From Camelus dromedarius (taxonomy: Eukaryota), in assembly GCF_036321535.1 (NCBI RefSeq), contig NC_087437.1, forward strand, positions 9,364,001-9,428,000: DNA of 64,000 bases, read 5' to 3'. Positions 1-12,589 of this stretch are shown in pieces (the stretch's first letter is position 1; each line of letters begins with the position of its first letter). The notes beneath the pieces were generated by a model, which was not told the DNA's origin, made no database searches, and saw only the letters and a program-made list of their open reading frames with translations. The translations under genes and the position numbers were made by a program.

Positions 1-3000
1 TGGGATCACCGAGATAAGAATGGTCCTGAGCACTGAAACTCCGATGTCTTAAGAGATTGAGGGATAGGATGGGGGTATGATGAAGGATTCAAGGGACGCT
101 TCCTCTTGCCTGAAAGCTACTGGAACATCCAGAGATACAGCATCCCCAGCTCAAGGGAGCAGCTTCTGTTGCTGTTCCTTAAAAGCCGGCTCTAAGTAGA
201 CTAAGAAATCCTAAGGGTTCAACTGAATGTCCTTTCTTACATCCATATCCCAGCTGAAATCTGACATCTGTGTTTCTCTCTTAACTGTGTTTTTGTTGTT
301 TTTTTTTTTTAACAAATGTTTCATGATTCTTCCTGACTCACATCTAAACCCAATGGTTTTATACTCTTATTTAAGGGTAATAATGAGAGATAACCACTTA
401 TGGATTTTTTTACATGTATATACTTAAATTTTTTTCCTTCACCATTCTGCCACACCTTACTCCCAAACAGACAGATGATTCCCTACTCATATGCTCAGAG
501 GAGGAATATAACAGGAAGACAGTCTCTGATCACCACGGACCTTGTTTCAAAAGGTCAGGTGAGGGGAGGTTGTAGGGTGGCAATGAGGTCATAGGAACGT
601 GGCCTATCCAGGCCGGAGGGACCACTGAAGCGTCCCAAATCTGTGCCTCCGAAGTCGAGAGCAGGACCATGCTCACCGGGGCTCACCAACCCAGGAATGC
701 CTATGTGGATGCAAAACTTGATGAGCAGAGGAAGTCTCCCACCAAAAGCTGGATGGATAGTCTGTTTGATTCCAGAAACTTGGCGCACCCTGAAAAGAAT
801 TCAATTGCATTTCCCTGCAGACTAATAAAATGGGCTTTTGAACCAGAGATAAAATCAACTTAGAGCAATAAAAAGTTACATTTAATACACCCTGAATTTG
901 TGGTTTGAGAGTCACACCTGCTACAAAATCAAGAACTCAGGCTGCTACTTGGAGAGATGCTCTACCCCCTAATTCTCAGTCCAAGGCCATCCAGTCTGGG
1001 GCTTTGCAACCATTCCGCCCAGCTGGAAGCAAGGAGTGGCTTAATCTGTGACTGGCTGCAGCTTGACTGGCCCTGGAAGGACACAACCAATAGGTGCAGC
1101 AGCACAGAGTCTCTCGTTTTAAGTGGAACAAACCACCACAAGTCAAAATCAGTCACAGAAGAAAAAGAACCAAGTAAAACCTGGCCATCGCTTAGTCGGT
1201 GAACTTCCACATTCAAAATGAGGATTTACAGGGTATTTATAAACACAATGCCTAGTACTCAAACAGTGTTTGTTATATGCTGAGCCGGGGCCAAGTGATT
1301 TAACCCACGTCATCGTTACCACAAGCTGATGAAGTAGGTTCAGTATTCATCCCGTTTTATAAAGACACGGAGATACCTGGGGATAACATGACTTACCCAA
1401 GGTAGCGGCTCTTAGACTTGAACCGAGTCAGTCTAGCTCAGAGTCCCCCTGACCCCCTTCAGGACTGTCTATGCCCACAAATGCTCAGATAGTTTAAGCA
1501 GTATAACCCCAAAGGAAGAGATTATCAGATCCACTCCCTATACATTAAAGATGAGGAAACACCAGCAAAGAGATTAAAGAGGTGTGCTCAGTATCCTATA
1601 GCTCAGTATATCACTCATCTTTGTTTTATGACGAACAATACTCACTGTCAATCAGATGAACCATTTTGTTTATAATGTGACCCAAAGGGCAAAGCAAAAG
1701 TTTTAAACCCAGTCTTCTACAACCTTCCAGGAGTTTTACCTCAGCTTCTCTAAAGCTGACATGAGACCCAAGTGACAGGAGGTCACACAAAACACCCTGA
1801 TGGGACATCTCTGGGTGTCTTCCTGGGAAGCAAGACTGTGCTAAGAAGTCACTTAAGAGAAGAACAGGCAAGGAGCTCAGAGAGAGGAAACCCAGGGGCT
1901 GTAACGTGGTCGTTCAAGAAGCAGGGAATTTGATTCGGAGCAATTTGTTCTCTACTCTTATTGAAACACCTACAGTTAGAAATCTCTACTTTGGAAATGT
2001 GATCTTTGTGTTGCTCTGTTTCTGTTCCATCCATTTCAAAATAAGATCCCTGTGGAAAATCCTTCATGACCCCTAAGACAAAGCCATCACTGTAATTCTC
2101 CCTTGTCCTTCAGTAAAGGCCGGCAGGTAACTGTAGCATCTTACTGGCAGGTCCGAAGTCCCGTGATGAAGAATTATTAGTGAAAATGAGACCCACTTCT
2201 GTCTCCTGAAGGAGAATGATCTAATTGTGGGCCGAGTTGTTTTTCAAGTCCATCATGGGGACAAGATGTTACAACAAGAAATCTGGGTTATTTAGCTCCC
2301 TGGGCACTCAGTGACTCACGTCTTAATCCCCTTCACTTTGCGTGTGTTGACAAGTCCTGTCATTGATAAACTCAGCCTCGCCTTCTAATAACTGCTGAAA
2401 GCTGAATCAGATGATATTAGAAAAAAATGTCACTTACTGGCTTCTAACCTTTTCAACCCTTACTTCTGTTTCCATCCTAAGAATATTCTCACTGCTTGTA
2501 CGAAAGAAAGATGATGATGAATTCGAGGACTCTGGCAGCCTGCAAAGACACGCTTAAGAGTGAAAACAGAAGCAAGTAAGGATTGAATTGCTGTTGAGGA
2601 GGCTGTTGAGAAAGCTCCCCAAACAAGGTAATTTAAGAAAGACTTAAGTTGAGGAACTGTGGCTAAGCAAGAAGGAAAAAAAAAAAAAAAGAAGAAAATT
2701 CTTGCTACCAGCACGCTATGTTGTTTTAAGTTAAGAAGCGAAAATGTGCTCTATACCTTGGTGTCTATCTGTGTTGTGATTAACACCAGGGTCCTCTTTA
2801 TTCAATTAGAAAAGATGTAACAGATCTAAAAATTAAAGAGGACCCAGAGAGAAGAAAGACGTGTTTAAATTAGTAGACAGCTACTTGCCTTCAAATGCTC
2901 TAACAAATCTGTTAAATTTCAATTAAATTGAACTTAGCATGGAAAAGAAACTAAAAAAAATAAAATTAAATAAAATTTGAAAACCTAATAAAATAAAAGC

Positions 3001-3268
3001 TTTATAGGTTAGTGTTGCCTAGAAAGATACCAAAAGGGAGACATGAACTCAGGGTCAACCCAGTCAGATTGAATCTCCTTTCGTTCTCCCTTGAAGGCAC
3101 CTGGTTCTGGGGACCTTACCACCAGGCAGACAACTAGCTTTGTTGTGCTTTCGGACCAGCCATGGACTAGAGCATAGAGTGAAACAGAGGTAGTGACCAG
3201 CGCACCCCGGCCCTTAAGGTTTTCCAGTGCCTACCACCCTGGCACAGGCAGATGGCCACAGGACTTAC
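1..3268 (-). other. ZNF385D: ZNF385D intron downstream of the exon (continues beyond window start)
   Basis: Donor GTAAGT at 3263-3268 (-). The next exon (MDPIQKAVINH...) is not seen in 1-3268. Confidence 0.85.
1230..1445 (-). mobile_element. MIR SINE fragment
   Basis: Degenerate MIR core: catcccgttttataaagac...gacttacccaagg...gacttgaaccgagtcagtct. Confidence 0.6.
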
Positions 3269-3411
3269 CGCATTAAAATTGGGGAAGAGGTTGACTGCGG
3301 CCGCAGTGTCAAGAGGAAAGGGAAGAAACGGTTTAATGTCCAGCGACGGTTGCAGAGGAGGGGCTGGTGGGCGGACCAGGGCTGGGAGAGCAGGGCTCTG
3401 GCACGTACCAC
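3269..3411 (-). CDS. ZNF385D: ZNF385D internal coding exon (second coding exon of the canonical isoform; N-terminal Pro-rich segment before the first matrin-type zinc finger)
   Basis: Minus strand reads pyrimidine tract ...CCCTTTTCTCTCCTGTGCAG | GTGGTACG...TTTAATGCG | GTAAGT, 143 nt, phase 1 start and phase 0 end. Translation (G)GTCQSPALPALVRPPAPPLQPSLDIKPFLPFPLDTAAAVNLFPNFNA matches the ZNF385D N-terminus as I recall it (MRNIMYFG-GTCQSP...NFNA-MDPIQK). Confidence 0.96.
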
Positions 3412-5891
3412 CTGCACAGGAGAGAAAAGGGAGCGATCAGGGGCATCGCACGTGTCAAACATACAATACGCAAACACCACAGTCTCTTTTGAGACCAAAA
3501 GGCCAGCTTCATGGATCACTGGAAAAAAACAAGGCACGGAGAGTGTTGACTTCAACCGGGGACCGGCCAGTGCACAGCTGTGTCTTGAAGCAGAGGAAGC
3601 CTGTGGAGCTGCTCCCTTTTCTTTGTTGGATTAGAACTTTCCAATTAATGCAAGGAATTGTTAACATTTCAGACATATCATATTCCCCAATCCATCCTTC
3701 TTTTCCTGCCTAGAGCTCTGGATTGAGTCAGTAACAAATCTGTAGCCATGATCCCTTGATTCAAAGGGGAGACCCCTCCACTGCTCCCCCATCCCTCTTT
3801 GAAAACTAAGTTTTGCTCAAAATATGCATCCAGTATGAGTGTTTAATTTACAGAACTGCTCTTTTCTACTACCTCCAAAACTCTGGCAGCAAGATGACAT
3901 GAACCTGGCAGGGACAAGGAACTTAACCACAAACACAGGCAGCCACACCTTACTGCCTTGGCAACTGGAAGATTAAAACCAGCAAATCCAGCTACTAATC
4001 ATGTAGTCCCTGCGCTATTTACACCCCTGTGGCTCTGAACATTCAACGACAACCTGCCTCCTTCCCAGTCACGAACAGGTGGAATTTAGAAGATCACCAG
4101 TGAGCAGGCAATGGGATATTATAGCAACATAGACACCTCCTCTGCATATCAGTGGGCAATCAGCTATTTGCAAGGAAATCGCACCCTTGCCCCCTTCCTA
4201 GGACTCCAGTGCATTCAGAAGTTGAAAGGACAGAAGCCCACTTTTCCTGTTCTGTCTCCCATATTTTGGTAACATTCCAAAACATCAATTTGTTGTTAAT
4301 TAAAGGCTGTTTGAATCCTAGGAAACTGTTAAACTATGCCAGCCTTCTAATCTGAGAGGCAAGCAACAGACTGTAAAAAAAAAAGACCCTGCTAGTGAGA
4401 ATCCAAGAAGCATTAGGAAAACAAAATGCAGTGGGATTTTTGCTGTTCTCCTGGAAGAGAATTTTAAGAGACAGAAAAGAGAAGAAAGGTTCCTGTCTGT
4501 GCCGCGTACTTGCCTGCTATCTTGTTTTTAAAACAAAGTGGAGTGAAATCCCACACAAATGATCTTTACAAATCTCACAGTCAGTGCCGGTCAACCGCAC
4601 ACACACCCCCATCATCTTGCTCTCAGTCAGTTACCCGAACAAAGGTAAACACTTAAAAAATGATCCCCCAATGCTAAAGCCAACCCTACTGGACCAGAAG
4701 ATCTACTAACAAGGTGGGTGACTTAATACGTGTAACAGAAGCCGTCAGCACAGGATTTAATTAACCATCCCCAGGAAAACCATTAGCTCTCCTGGCTCCA
4801 AGTATAAAATCAACTGGAGCCAAATTAACACAACTAGTATTTCCCCCTGCCTCTTTTCACTTCCCTCTTGAAGTGTTCCTCCGCAACCACAAGGCCAGTA
4901 ACAGCGAGTCTGAATCTGCCAACGAATTAAAATAAAAAGTAGTCCAAGTCAGGAAGTGCGGGGCAGACGTTAAAACAAACAGATAAAAGCAAAATTTAAC
5001 ACGTCTACGTTCACCAGAGCACATCGTAAACTTAGTTTATGGTCCACCTGGCGGTACACTTGCTTGGAGAGGACATTCATAGAACTTTGGTGATGGAACT
5101 GTCATGACTTTGGTATTGCTGACAACTTCTCTTTCGATGAAAAGTTAAAGAACCAAAAAATTAAATTTTGGTGGATGCCTCTTTAGAAAACTCAGGAGTA
5201 AAATAAGTTTGGGTTGGAATCAGTGGTATAGCTTAACAGGTTTACAAAAATAATAGTGAGCTTTCAATAAATAATTAGAAATTATTATTATCTGTATCAC
5301 ATGCTTTGCAAAAAGTATTCATTCATGCACACTGATTACCTTGTTTGACCCTAAAATCTTAGAAATCAGGTAAGGGCTAACATATTATCGTGGAGAAAGA
5401 AGTAAGTTGATAAACTAGCTGTTTGCGTCACATCCAAAGAGATATTCTATTTTTTATAATTACAAGAATACAATTTAGCAGGAACATATTCTGTAATTAT
5501 TTCATTTATCAGTCTCTCTCTGGTTCAGGATATCCAAAGAGGTTCAGGGCAAACTCAAGCTTCTTTTTTTATCCACTAAAATGAGAGGAACAAAGAAGAA
5601 ATAAATGTTGATTTGATTGCCAGGGAAGTTAACTCCCACCTTCCTTTCTCCCAGATACTTAATTCCTTTGCAATCCATTATACAGACAATTCAAGGCGCC
5701 TTCTCAGTGTTGCAACGGGAGTTTCCTACCTAGGGGATAAAAACATCAGAGTCGTAAAACTGGGGAGAAGGTGGAGCTACTACTTGTGTCCATCCCCTAC
5801 TACCTGTTTGAAGGGAGAAACCTGAAAGATCAGTGGAAAACAAAGAACACGTGACCACATATTCTTTGGCTACTTGCTCTGCAAATCCAGG

Positions 5892-6313
5892 TGTAGTGGA
5901 TGCTGTGGTATGCTCCTGAGAGCCCCCTTCCTGATGAAGGCTCCCCAACTGCTGGGGAGCCACCACTGATGTCTCTCACCTGGGATCCTCTTCCAGCACT
6001 GCCTTGGATCAAAGGAAGCTGCTTAAACCAAGGTCAAAGTCCCTCCCGAGTGGAGAGGCTGGTAGCCCCAGGTAACGATGGATTCATGCAGGGGTTTACT
6101 GCCTTCTCCCCCTTGCCTCAAGCCAGGGCAACCCTGAAGCTCTATGTCAGCTCTAAAGCACCTCATAGAACCTAGGACAGACTGAGACCTCTGTTGTGAC
6201 TGCATCACAGTTCAACTTCTCCCTTTGCTCAGGCCCGAATCTCTGATTCTTCGCAGGAGATGGTCCCCAGTAAAGTCTCAGAGTCCACATCCAGCAGCAT
6301 GTGACCTATGACA
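5892..6313 (+). mobile_element. Solo LTR, ERVL LTR16A-like
   Basis: Starts TGTAGTGGATGCTGTGGT and ends GACCTATGACA. Internal 'gactgcatcacagttcaacttctccct' is typical of LTR16A. Flanks CCAGG/CCAGA resemble a 5-bp TSD. Confidence 0.8.
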
Positions 6314-7328
6314 CCAGAGAATAACAATTCATGGGTCGAAGTGAAACACCGGATTACTTTATTCTAACACAGAGAACTGCCTCTAAATTTATGGCTTAAT
6401 ATTGAGGCACAAAATTGAGGCTACATCTTAAAAATTATCTGGGGCTAATATTTCTGCCTTTAAAATTAGGATACATTCTCAAACATTTTACTTATAGCAA
6501 TCTGTATGTGCTCAACAGCAAGAACATTATTTGCAAATAGTGTAAAATCAAAAGCAGCAAACAAAATATGTTTCCCCTGCAAAGCTGATTAAATATGCTC
6601 CTTGAGAAAACAACTATTTCATTCTTTCATTTTTTTAAATCAAAGTTATTATATTTAGGACAGGAATACATATTTATTATTCTTTTCTTTATTATAAAAT
6701 TATCTCAATGATAATAAACATCAAAATATATAATGAATTTGTAGACAGGCCTACAGGTTTAAAAAAGAGTTGTTTTGTTGTTATTATTTACCAAGTTTTG
6801 CTTAATTCATTGGAGTGTCACGTTTCTGGAAATATTGATGTTCTTAATTTGAGAAAAGCTTTTTGAAGCCTTTGTGGAATGGAGACTGAAAAAATAACAA
6901 ATTCATGTCCTTTGTCTATGGACACTCCATGCCAAATTTCTTATATGCCATGAAAGTCAACAAATAAAAAAATTTATTGAGTAGAGATTAATTATTATAG
7001 TTATACTGAAGAAGGTGTTGAATAATGAAGGTAAATAAAATAAATAGGATGCAGTAAGTTCACAAAACTCTCTGCACCTTTTTGATGACTGGTTTTGTTA
7101 GTTTATATTCATATTTAGAATTTGGAATTGAACTACAGTGCAAACATATTACTTACTACTTTGGTCTATTCACAAGGCAGCTGTGTATTCACAGAAGTAC
7201 AAATCTGTGCATTTGAAAAAAGTACCAGAATAACCTAGCTGTTAATAGAGACTATTTGAGAAAGTAACTTGTTGCATTCACTTCAAAAGTTTGCGTTTTT
7301 GAAAATCTAATTAAAATGTAAAAAAAAA

Positions 7329-7647
7329 GACACAAATGAACTTATTTACAAAACAGAAACAGACTCACAGACATAGAAAACAAACTCATGGTTGCCAGGG
7401 GGGAAATGGGGTGGGAAGGGATAAATTGGGAGTTCGAGATTTGCAGATACTAACTACTATTATATAAAATAGAGAAACAACAAGTTTCTTCTGTAGAGCA
7501 CAGGAAACTGTATTCAATATCTTAAAGTAACTTATAATGAAAAAGAATATGAAAAGGAATATATGTATGTGTATGTATGACTGAACCATTATGCTGTACA
7601 CCAGAAACTGACACATTGTAAACCGACTTCAATACTTCAGTAAAAAA
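7329..7647 (+). mobile_element. 5'-truncated L1 (3' UTR only)
   Basis: Cetartiodactyl-type L1 3'UTR (gaacttatttacaaaacagaaacagactcacagacatagaaaacaaac...gctgtacaccagaaactgacac), A-rich end, aaaatgtaaa on both sides. Confidence 0.9.
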
Positions 7648-8602
7648 TGTAAATTTGGAAATGTGTGTTTCAATAACTTAGACAGATAAATAGGAATTGT
7701 AAACCAGTGGTTGTCAGTTGACTCTATCATATTAGAGAGAAAGTCTATAGAGTGCCGAGCAGTGGGCCTGGCCAGTGTTCACTGAGTGAGGGATATTTTT
7801 TTAATGAACCCAATAAATTCCAAAGGAGCCATGGTTCAAGGTGGTCAAGACAGAAATCTGGGCTCCCTGAAAGTGGTCAGTCAAGATGATTTTAAAAGCA
7901 CCTGAATATTCTTCACTTTGTTTATTTTGATCCCAGCAGAAAGAAAGACTTTACAATAAAGGGTCACTCTGTAAATCAATATTTTGAAATATTCCTCAAG
8001 AGCCGGATAATGTTCTTTCCCTCATGCGACACTTTTAACCTTGAACTTCTGCACTTGATCTATCCAGGGTTCATCAAACAGTCACAGACATCCTGACAGC
8101 TTCACCTGCTACTTAATCACTCATTTCTCCAAATGACAAAACCAAAGCTCAAAATGATTAAGGGTTGATGCTGTTAAATATTCATGACAGTACATGCGTT
8201 AGAACTGTGAATCATTAAAATATATAGATATACAGCTAAATATATTATTATCAAATAACATACATTATATTATAATATTATTATTTATAGGAAGTAGCCA
8301 AAATCCCTGATTTCCTGATGGGAGGAATAATTTCTATCACATCTTTTTCCTTTACCATCAATTTAATTTTATATATATTCTTTTATATGCTTACCTGTAT
8401 ATATGTATATTTCAATAGTGTCAATAGTGAGCCGTGATTAAACTGCTAAACTGCTCAGAATAGTCATACCTAACAGAAGACCATCAGAGCATTTTATACA
8501 ACATCCAGTCCTAAGTAGTTCCTTGTAAAACACCTGATTTGATATACATGGAACACTACTCACATCCATTCCCAACTATTTCAGTTAGAATTTGCCATGC
8601 CC

Positions 8603-9392
8603 TTCAGAAGTCCACGAACGATAAATGCTGGAAAGGGTGTGGAGAAAAGGGAACCCTCCTACACTGCTGGGGGGAATGCAGTTTGGTGCAGCCATTATGG
8701 AAAACAGTATGGAGATTCCTGAAAAAACTAAAAATAGACTTACCCTATGATCCAGCAATCCCACTCCTGGGCATATATCTGGAGGGAACTCTAATTCAAA
8801 AAGATACATGCACCCCAATGTTCATAGCAGCACTATATACAATAGCCAAGACATGGAAGCAACCTAAGTGTCCATTGATAGATGACTGGATAAAGAAGAT
8901 GTGGTATATTTATACAATGGAATACTACTCAGTTATAAAAAAGAATAAAATAATTCTATTTGCAGCAATATGGATGGACCTAGAGATTGTCATTCTAAGT
9001 GAAGTCAGAAAGAGAAAGAAAAATACCATATGATATCACTCATATATGGAATCCATAAAAAATAAAATTTTAAAAAAGACACTGAATTCCTCTACAAAAC
9101 AGAAACAAGACTCACAGACATAGTAAACAATCTTATAGTTACTTGGGGGGAAAGGGGGAAGGAAGGGATAAATTTGGTAATTTGAGATTTGCAAATGTTA
9201 GCCACTATATATATAAAAATAGATTTAAAAATCTCTTCTGTATAGCATGGGGGACTATGTTCAAGATCCTGTAATAACCTTTAATGAAAAAGGATATAAA
9301 AATGAATATATGTATGTATATGCATGACTGGGACATTGTGCTATACACTAGAAACTGACAAATTGTAACTGACTATACTTAATCAAAAAAAA
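8603..9392 (+). mobile_element. 5'-truncated L1: ORF2 C-terminus, 3' UTR and poly(A)
   Basis: ORF 8539-9033 contains the L1 ORF2 C-terminus ([26 protein letters not shown]...YTMEYYS). 16-bp TSD AGAATTTGCCATG(C/T)CC at 8587-8602 and 9393-9408. Confidence 0.96.
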
Positions 9393-10022
9393 AGAATTTG
9401 CCATGTCCATTGTGGGACGGAGGGGTGCAATAGGACATCTGAGGTCTATGGGATAGTGGACATCAAAGAATTAGATGTAATACTACTAATAGGAAGTAGG
9501 AAAGAAATGATGGATTTGGGGCATAAAGGCAAAACTTGATTTGACACAGAACCCTGGCCATGGAATGAATGTTGTCATTACTGCAACTGGCCAGCCAGGG
9601 TGGGTGGGAGTGAAATGCTGAGAATATAGCTAAATTTTATAAATCAATTGAGTAAAGCAACTGACATGGACTAGACCTGCTATCTCCTTAAAATTCCTTT
9701 AAAATGCACATGAATTTTGCCAGGTATCTATTTTAATACCCAGTTTACAAACTCCAAAGTCTAAGCTATCCCCTAAAATACATCTCACCTAAAATTACAC
9801 AGGTAATAAATGGTATTGGATGTAAATGCGAGTAACCTCAACAATTTTTTATGCACTGATGCAAACAGCTTTTAAAGTTAAACAAACAAACAAATAAACA
9901 AAATGACAACAAAAAGGAATACTCTACGAAGTCAGGCTTGTCATATAAGGCAAGTCAGCTCCCTTGCAGCCAGCATGTAATGGACTAAATCAGAAATCTT
10001 GTGAGAAAATTCTATTACTGCT

Positions 10023-10023
<1 letters not shown>

Positions 10024-10067
<44 letters not shown>

Positions 10068-10078
10068 AGAAAAAAGAA
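10024..10078 (+). repeat. Poly(A) plus (GAAAA)n simple repeat
   Basis: Long A run followed by GAAA/GAAAA units. Confidence 0.9.
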
Positions 10079-11430
10079 CAGACCCATCCCTTGTACGGGA
10101 GACAATAAAGGAATATTCAGGATTTATTACCAATATTTACCTACCATGAGAAGATGCTGGTTCTGTCCTATATTTGAGAAAGAATCCCAAAAGACACGAC
10201 CATCACATCAAACATGTTTCCAAAGCCCTCCAGTGTACATTCTTTAACATCCAATTGCCAAATCAGAAAAACAGATTAGTGTTTGCTGCATTCCCTTGTG
10301 TGACTGCCTGGTTGTTGGCTGGGGATGACAAGGGGCAGTCTGTTGTTGAGATTGTTTGTTACTCCCTAGCTAGGAAAACTGGGATGTTTACCATGTTTCC
10401 TTAAACCTCAGTGACCCAAACTCCCATCCAGTTCCTCCTCTCTTTGTTTAAACACTGTTCCCAACTGCAAGATACAACTAGAAACGAGTTTTGAGTTAAA
10501 ATGTGAATTTAGTATGGGTTGGTCACAATTTTTCTTTTACTGTTTTCATTTTTTCTGTTTTGGATTGTCAGTTCACCTACTAGGGTTTGGAAAATGGACT
10601 CATCACCTTCTCCTTCAGGATGAAGGCCCTCGTTGGCCTAAAGTGACTTGCCCTTGGCAGGTCAATTCAAACGTGAAAGCCAGGTCTGGTCCGTGGGGGC
10701 AGTTGGCAGCACTAAGCCACAAAGGGTGTTGACTGCTGACTCACACACCCTGCCCTTGACCACAGAGAGGAATGAGGTGAGAATGTCAGAGTCAGGACAA
10801 TTGGAGCAGCAGTTGGGAGACAGTGATTCAGAAACGTTTGTCCAAGTCAACCATCTGACACCATCTTAACTAGTGAGAGAAAACACATGTGAATGAGTGA
10901 GCCCTGTTTTCCCTTGTTCAAATTCTTTTATGAACTCATTTTAAGTTGTGGTGTTTAAATATTCCAGGATGCTACCCCAAAGAAGAAAGTTAAGAAAACA
11001 GGACCAGCTAATGTGTTCTCTGCCGTTGCCACTGAGGACCATGACCAAAATCAAAATACCTCTACTGCCTAGTTGCCAATATCCTGAGTCATGTCTTCAC
11101 TAGAAGAAAAGTGGAATCTCTCACTTATTTAACCAACTTGCATAACAATTTCTGGTGTCTGGGTCACTGTAGGAAGAGTCTGTTCAGAGTACCAGGGTAA
11201 GGAGTTTGAGACATTTAATCCTACATACCCTCCACACTTGAGCCCCTCTGTCAAATAGTGTGTTAGTCAGGACAAGTACCTCCTCAAAGGCAATCAAAAG
11301 ATTCTGCCTGGAAGCTGCCTCTCCAGTCTGCACCAGTGGATGTGAAAATATAAAATTTTCCTCAGGAGGAATTCCTCAAGATTTAATTCCACGAAATTAA
11401 TTCTAACTAATGAAACAAGGAGCTCTAGTG

Positions 11431-11639
11431 CTGAGCTGTCCAATATGGCAGTCACTCCCATGTGTGGCTATTTTAAATTAGAGTCAAGCAAATTTAAGCC
11501 AAATTAAAAATTCAGTTTCTCAGTCACACCAACTACATTTCAAGTGCTTGGTACCCACGTGTGGACAGGGACTAGTTCATTGCCTACTGCAGTTAAAAGA
11601 TGTTTCCACCATCGCAGAAGTTTCTATTAGACTTCATAG
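11431..11639 (-). mobile_element. MER3-like hAT-Charlie non-autonomous DNA transposon
   Basis: ctgagctgtccaatatgg...tttccaccatcgcagaagtttctattagac, about 209 bp, with a perfect 8-bp TSD CTCTAGTG at 11423-11430 and 11640-11647. Confidence 0.88.
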
Positions 11640-12589
11640 CTCTAGTGCAAAAGCCACACTCTCAAGTGAGAAGTAATTTAAAGGTAAGGTGTTCCAGAAT
11701 GCATTGCTAATAGGAGACAGGGTCTTGCTTTCTCCTGGGTCCTTCTCCTTTTGGGGTTGAGAAAGAGTGCTTTCCCAGAGCCAAACATGGCTAGACCCTG
11801 CTGAGATGATACTAGAAAGAATTAGTCATCCATTCCCGGAGAAGACAATGGCCAATCTGTAAATCTCCATGTGGGCTCAATGGTGAAAATCTTCAAAGGG
11901 CAACCACATTTAAAAAAATGGAATGCTGAAATCAATATTAATGAATGATGAGTGCTTTGGATAAAAATGATACCATACCTTCAAACCAAGGATGCAAAAA
12001 GAGCCAGTCCTGGGGCACATGGATGTTTATTAGTACCTGGTAATTCTTGAGAGTGCTACCCCAAAGCTTTTATTTCACCAAAGTGTGTCACAATCTGGCC
12101 TCACTAACAGCCAAGTGTTCAAATCCAGTTTACGTGGGCAGTTAAACCCGCCTGGCTACATCTGTCTGTCAGGGTAATTCCTTTCACAATATCCAGGTGT
12201 TAGTCATCTCAATCTTTAAAGAGAGAGAGAGAAAAAAAAAAAAAGATTTTGAAATCTTGTTACACCGTCTTGTTTTCCCATGATCTGTGCCTTCCAGTTG
12301 AGACTTGCCCACATGAACTTCTCCATACAAGGACAGCTAGTGTATGGTCCACAGTTACTCCACAGCCTGACAAATATCTTTCTTTCCCCACGCCTTTTCC
12401 ACATGATATAATTGTGTTATCTCCTTCAAGCATGTGCCAATCTGGGTAGGCACTCAACGTGACCCCAGGTATTCAGGAAACATTTCCTGAGCTTCAGTGG
12501 TTTAGTGTGGCTTTCCCAGTATTATCAGGGTGAGTTAGGGAAGAATCACACAAATGAGGGAATACCTTTATCTCCCTAAAGTGTCCTCA

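Noticed and set aside
3227..3713. ORFs of 135, 153 and 96 aa as genes
   Set aside because: Shadow frames over the GC-rich ZNF385D exon with no recognisable protein.
8539..9033. 164-aa host protein
   Set aside because: C-terminal fragment of L1 ORF2 in a truncated insertion; the start lies in flanking DNA.
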